NCBI GenBank assembly: GCA_043228905.1
Contig: JBHGNT010000020.1
Span: 7,130,001-7,194,000, forward strand
Direction: 5' to 3'
Origin: Azolla caroliniana
Lineage: Eukaryota > Plantae > Polypodiophyta
Length of the DNA: 64,000 bases
The notes beneath the pieces were generated by a model. That model was not told the DNA's origin. It did not search any database and saw only the letters and a list, made by a program, of their open reading frames with translations. This document shows positions 60,426 through 64,000 of this stretch, piece by piece. Made by a program: the position numbers and the translations under genes. The first letter of the stretch is position 1. Each line of letters begins with the position of its first letter.

Positions 60426-61084
60426 TGTCGTGGAGGATTCTGACTACTAGTTCGAAACTCGCCGAATGCGTGTGAATGGGGGTGTGCAGGGATGCACACA
60501 AAATTGTTTTTATGTACAAACATATGTAATATTTATGTGTGTTGAGAGACAAGCTCAACCATGGGATGATTTGACTGAAGAAGCCGAGAACCGAGAACCG
60601 AGGGCCATGAGCCGACTAGGAAGGATTCTGAAAGGCCGTTGAGGGTCTATATTCCTACTGTTGAGTGACAAGGTCAACATTGGGTGCATAATAAAATGCG
60701 TAACCCAGTGCATAGACGGGACACGTAAGTTAGTACGCACAATCTGGCTGTATCGGTGCATAAACCGAAAGGCCGTTAGAGAGATATTCCTTGTAAGGAA
60801 TAATTTTGGGAGTAAGTGCTGAGGCTCATTTATGAGCATTCAAGTATTGTCAGTACCCGTGTCAGCCCGATAGTCAGGGCTTGTATAAAAGGTGCTCACT
60901 GAGCACGATGCATGTACAGAGTGTCATTTTTTGAAATAGAACTGAGTTGTCTGCTCTCTCTCTGTCTCTCTCTTCTCCATCTCCATATTTGTGTTTTCTG
61001 AGTTGACGGAAAGATGACCAAAGAGCTTACTAAGAGAAAGGAAGAAGTTGGCCGATCTGAAGGGATCATCGCGGCACTGTGACA
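60426..61084 (+). repeat. Probable 3' LTR after the integrase fragment
   Basis: Purine tract agtggggtgga, then TGTC...GACA ends and a TATA-like tataaaa. Partly similar to 59060-59160. Confidence 0.55.
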
Positions 61085-61953
61085 GGCGACGCAAAAAAAA
61101 CGGCAATGGTACGACGAGCAAATCGAGATCCAGTGTCAGATGACGAGAGAAGTCGAAATGCGATTAAACAATGAAATGGGTCGACTCGAAGAACTGCATG
61201 ATAAAGAATCGAAGCTATGGTAGGACGTAAATTCATGGTACGAATAGAACGCGGCCTCCAACGCAAGCACAATTTTGAACCTCAAGACGGCTCACGTGGA
61301 GATGCAGATGCGCACAAAGATGAACATGGAGTGCATAAACATCCTCATAGCAACGAAGCATGAAAGCTGTATGCACCAACTTCAGGAGGCGCTAAACAGA
61401 GGATGGGCCGAATGGGCAAAGCAAGCCGCAAAGTTCCACACGTACTAGGCCACCTAGGAGAATTGGAAGAAAGATGGTAAGGGCTTCTACAAACTTAACG
61501 AAGAAAGCATTTCCATGGTCTGCGAGGACCTTATGCAAGATTATCAAGCCCTAGCCGATCACCATTCCGAGGAGATCTCCCTTGAATGCACCCGGATCCC
61601 ATCGGCGCCAAGACGATAGATATGGTTCAAGGCCCTATGCAAAAAATGCCGCATGAAGAGCCAACAAAAGAAGCGGCACACATGGAAGCAGGGCCGCGAG
61701 CGGAACAGACAACAACGACTAAACGGGCAGAAGAAGGTCCGCAAAATGAAAAAACGCAAGAGGCTGAACCCAAGCCGATAGAACCCACTGGCTCGCCCCC
61801 ACCAAAAACAACAGACCATAACGACCCCTCTGAAGTTGAGGCAACCGAGCCTTCCGCCCCCCTTGAACCTACACCTATGGCACTAACCACGACACCCCCC
61901 ATAGTTCTCGCAGAGATGGATCGTTTGGAGCCGAACATCTTCGAGATATTCGA

Positions 61954-62496
61954 TGATGTATGAAGGTCATATGTGGGTTTGACCATGCAAGCATTGTCCC
62001 ACAGGCTTGCCATGTGTTGGCCGCCTTGGATGGTCAAGTGGGAAAGGTGGAGATAGAGAAAAGACAAAGGGACGATTATGACAAGCGAAGAAGACGGGTG
62101 GGGTCGTAGCATAATGTTGAGAATCAAGCTCAACTTGTTATAGTGTGTGAACTCACCTTGAGAGTGAAGAGACACTCCAATGGTCAAGAGTCACCATTAT
62201 GTCACCACTTTGTATTCTAGCATATAGTATGAGCCATAGAATCATATTCTATGACACATAACTTATGAGCTTTCACATTCCCCATGCTCCATGAGTCTTG
62301 TAGTTAATGAAGAGAGAGGGTGACTACATAAAGCACCCTCCTCCCACCTTGTATAATGTTGAGGCTTTCTCCTTTGTCAATATACTTTTACCTTGCATGT
62401 TCTGTGTTTCACTCTCTCTCTCTCTCTCTTACACACACACATAACTCACATCTCTTCCGCTTCACAAGAATCCATCTCTTGATTCTTTACACATAA
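61954..62496 (+). repeat. Possible solo LTR
   Basis: Degenerate inverted ends TGATGTATGAAG...CTTTACACATAA and a (CT)n(CA)n tract; no convincing TSD. Confidence 0.4.
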
Positions 62497-63257
62497 TAAA
62501 GAGGGACTAACAACCATAGCGTAGGGACAACCAAATCGTAATTAAGATTTACAGAAAATGTACTGGTTCACGCGCTGAGCATAACCACCCATAACCCTGT
62601 ATATAAAGGGCATGGAAAACTTGTAATAGAGAGCGATAATTTTGTATTCAACATCTGCAATATAGTTTCTGATTGCCCGACTCTTTGTGTTCTCCTAAGT
62701 GTTAGTATCTATTCGTGCCAAGTTTATTTTCTCTGTGTTGAGCCATATACGTTGTGTGTGCTAGGGCGTAACAAGCCGGTTGTAACCATCTTCCTAATCT
62801 CCACAGTGTCCATGCAACACTTACGAGTCCAGTGTATAGTCACCCATATCACGGTGTTGTGAAGATTTTCGGCAATAGTATGAAAATCCCATAAAACGTA
62901 CAAAATCGAGTATGAATCACATAATACAATAATTGTGAAGATAACATTTTAAATAAATTTAGTATCTAAGTACAAAATGATGGAGGTTTCGAATGCACTT
63001 TATTAAATGAGAAACAGACAACTAAATGTCAAGATATGAGGGTATAAAGATTGTGAAAGGAAAAGAGAAAATTGTGAGATATCCCACATAGGCACGACAA
63101 ATACGGCTCTCATCATATATAAGGTAGAGCAAAAGTTATTATCTTTGTGTCTATGTGTGGAGCATAGAGAGTTCAAGGTAACTTGAACTAAGAGTGGAGG
63201 TGGTCTAGCTACTCGTAAAGGGTTTTGGCCAACCAAAACCGGACCGACGATGGAGCT

Positions 63258-63460
63258 GGTGATCCGGCGGCATCCGGCGCCAGTGAGACGACGGCATCCG
63301 ACGAGGCATCGGTAACCGACGACATCCGACGCCAGTGAGGTGACGGCATCCGGCGGCAACCGGCGACGAAGAGGTGACGGCATCTGGCGCCGGTGAGACG
63401 ACGGCATCCGGCGAGCATCCGACGCCGGTAAGGCGACGGCATCCGGCGAACCAACGTCTG
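63258..63460. repeat. 21-bp GC-rich tandem repeat (gacggcatccgacgccggtga)
   Basis: About 9 visible copies. Confidence 0.88.
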
Positions 63461-63511
63461 GTGACTAGATAAATAAATATATAAATATATACACATATAT
63501 ACATATACAAG

Positions 63512-63584
63512 GAGCACAAGTAAAGATTCGAACCTTGCACCTCCGAGTTAGGAGTCAATTGGCTTACCATTAAGCCATGCCATT
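63512..63584 (-). promoter_or_regulatory. tRNA-derived Pol III A/B-box module inside the LTR (pseudo-tRNA, CCT anticodon-like loop)
   Basis: On minus: TGGCTTAATGG (A box), then CTCCTAA, then GGTTCGAATC (B box), at tRNA spacing. Acceptor and anticodon stems are poor. Confidence 0.55.
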
Positions 63585-64000
63585 TAGTTGAATTTATATT
63601 TCTATCATTGTACTTTTACATGTAAATTCTCATACATGAGAGCTAAAATGAGTGACATAGTTATCATGCACCACATGTAATACATAAGCGCCAAATGGCA
63701 AACATGCATTTTATGCATGTCTTGTACCCTCACATGCATCATACGCATGAGAGCATCTATAAAAGAAGGAAGGGGGAGGAGAAAAAACACGTTTTTTTTT
63801 GTTATGAAATTAAGAAGAAGAAATTCGTTATCAAATTGATCGTGTAACTTGTTTCTTAAATCCAAAGATAAAAGTTCAATCAATCTCTCTCAATGGTTTA
63901 ATCTCAACTTCTCTCTTTCCCAATCTATCTTAAGTACTTTCTCGATAAAGCTTGCGCCAAAGCTTGTACCGACTTAGAATCCTTCCGGAGTTCCTCCTCA

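Larger units (their letters stand above)
62854..64000 (+). repeat. LTR of the same family as 43152-51250 (runs off the right edge)
   Basis: Starts TGTTGTGAAG and shares blocks such as gagatatcccacatag, gtctatgtgtggagca, gagtgacat.gttatcatgca and gaatccttccgg. Confidence 0.78.

Noticed and set aside
58840-61084. One complete LTR element with matched LTRs
   Set aside because: The two LTR-like blocks are only partly similar and the candidate TSDs (TGTGA and GGCGA) do not match convincingly.
63003-63570. Arg/Pro-rich minus-strand ORFs
   Set aside because: Products of the 21-bp GC-rich tandem repeat.
63512-63584. A functional tRNA-Arg(CCT) gene
   Set aside because: Acceptor and anticodon stems do not pair well and there is no clear terminator; kept only as a tRNA-like module.

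Overview
Plant nuclear heterochromatin made almost entirely of nested transposons, with no intact host gene. A PLS-type PPR fragment and spliceosomal introns suggest a land plant, possibly a fern or lycophyte (inference). Removing the insertions by their TSDs shows two large, related DDD-type DNA transposons with GGT...ACC ends and HGKGxxDG transposases, which look Sola2-like by recall. Element B (8967-32239, TSD TGTG) sits inside the transposase gene of element A (right end 41083, left end upstream of the window). Each element also carries a convergent, intron-containing accessory gene: a coiled-coil plus RING-H2 gene in B and an FCP1/NIF HAD-phosphatase-like gene in A. Each has its own palindromic motif amplified in intronic and subterminal arrays (AGTACT in B, TAGCTA in A). 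This layout recalls the VANDAL/VANC anti-silencing system and is the main candidate for an undescribed system; function is unproven. Four Ty1/copia insertions and a PPR-carrying hAT derivative are nested in these elements. The right third holds decayed Ty3/gypsy elements, an LTR family with an embedded tRNA-like Pol III promoter, a full-length L1-type LINE and nested MITEs. All coordinates were read by eye and may be off by a few bases.
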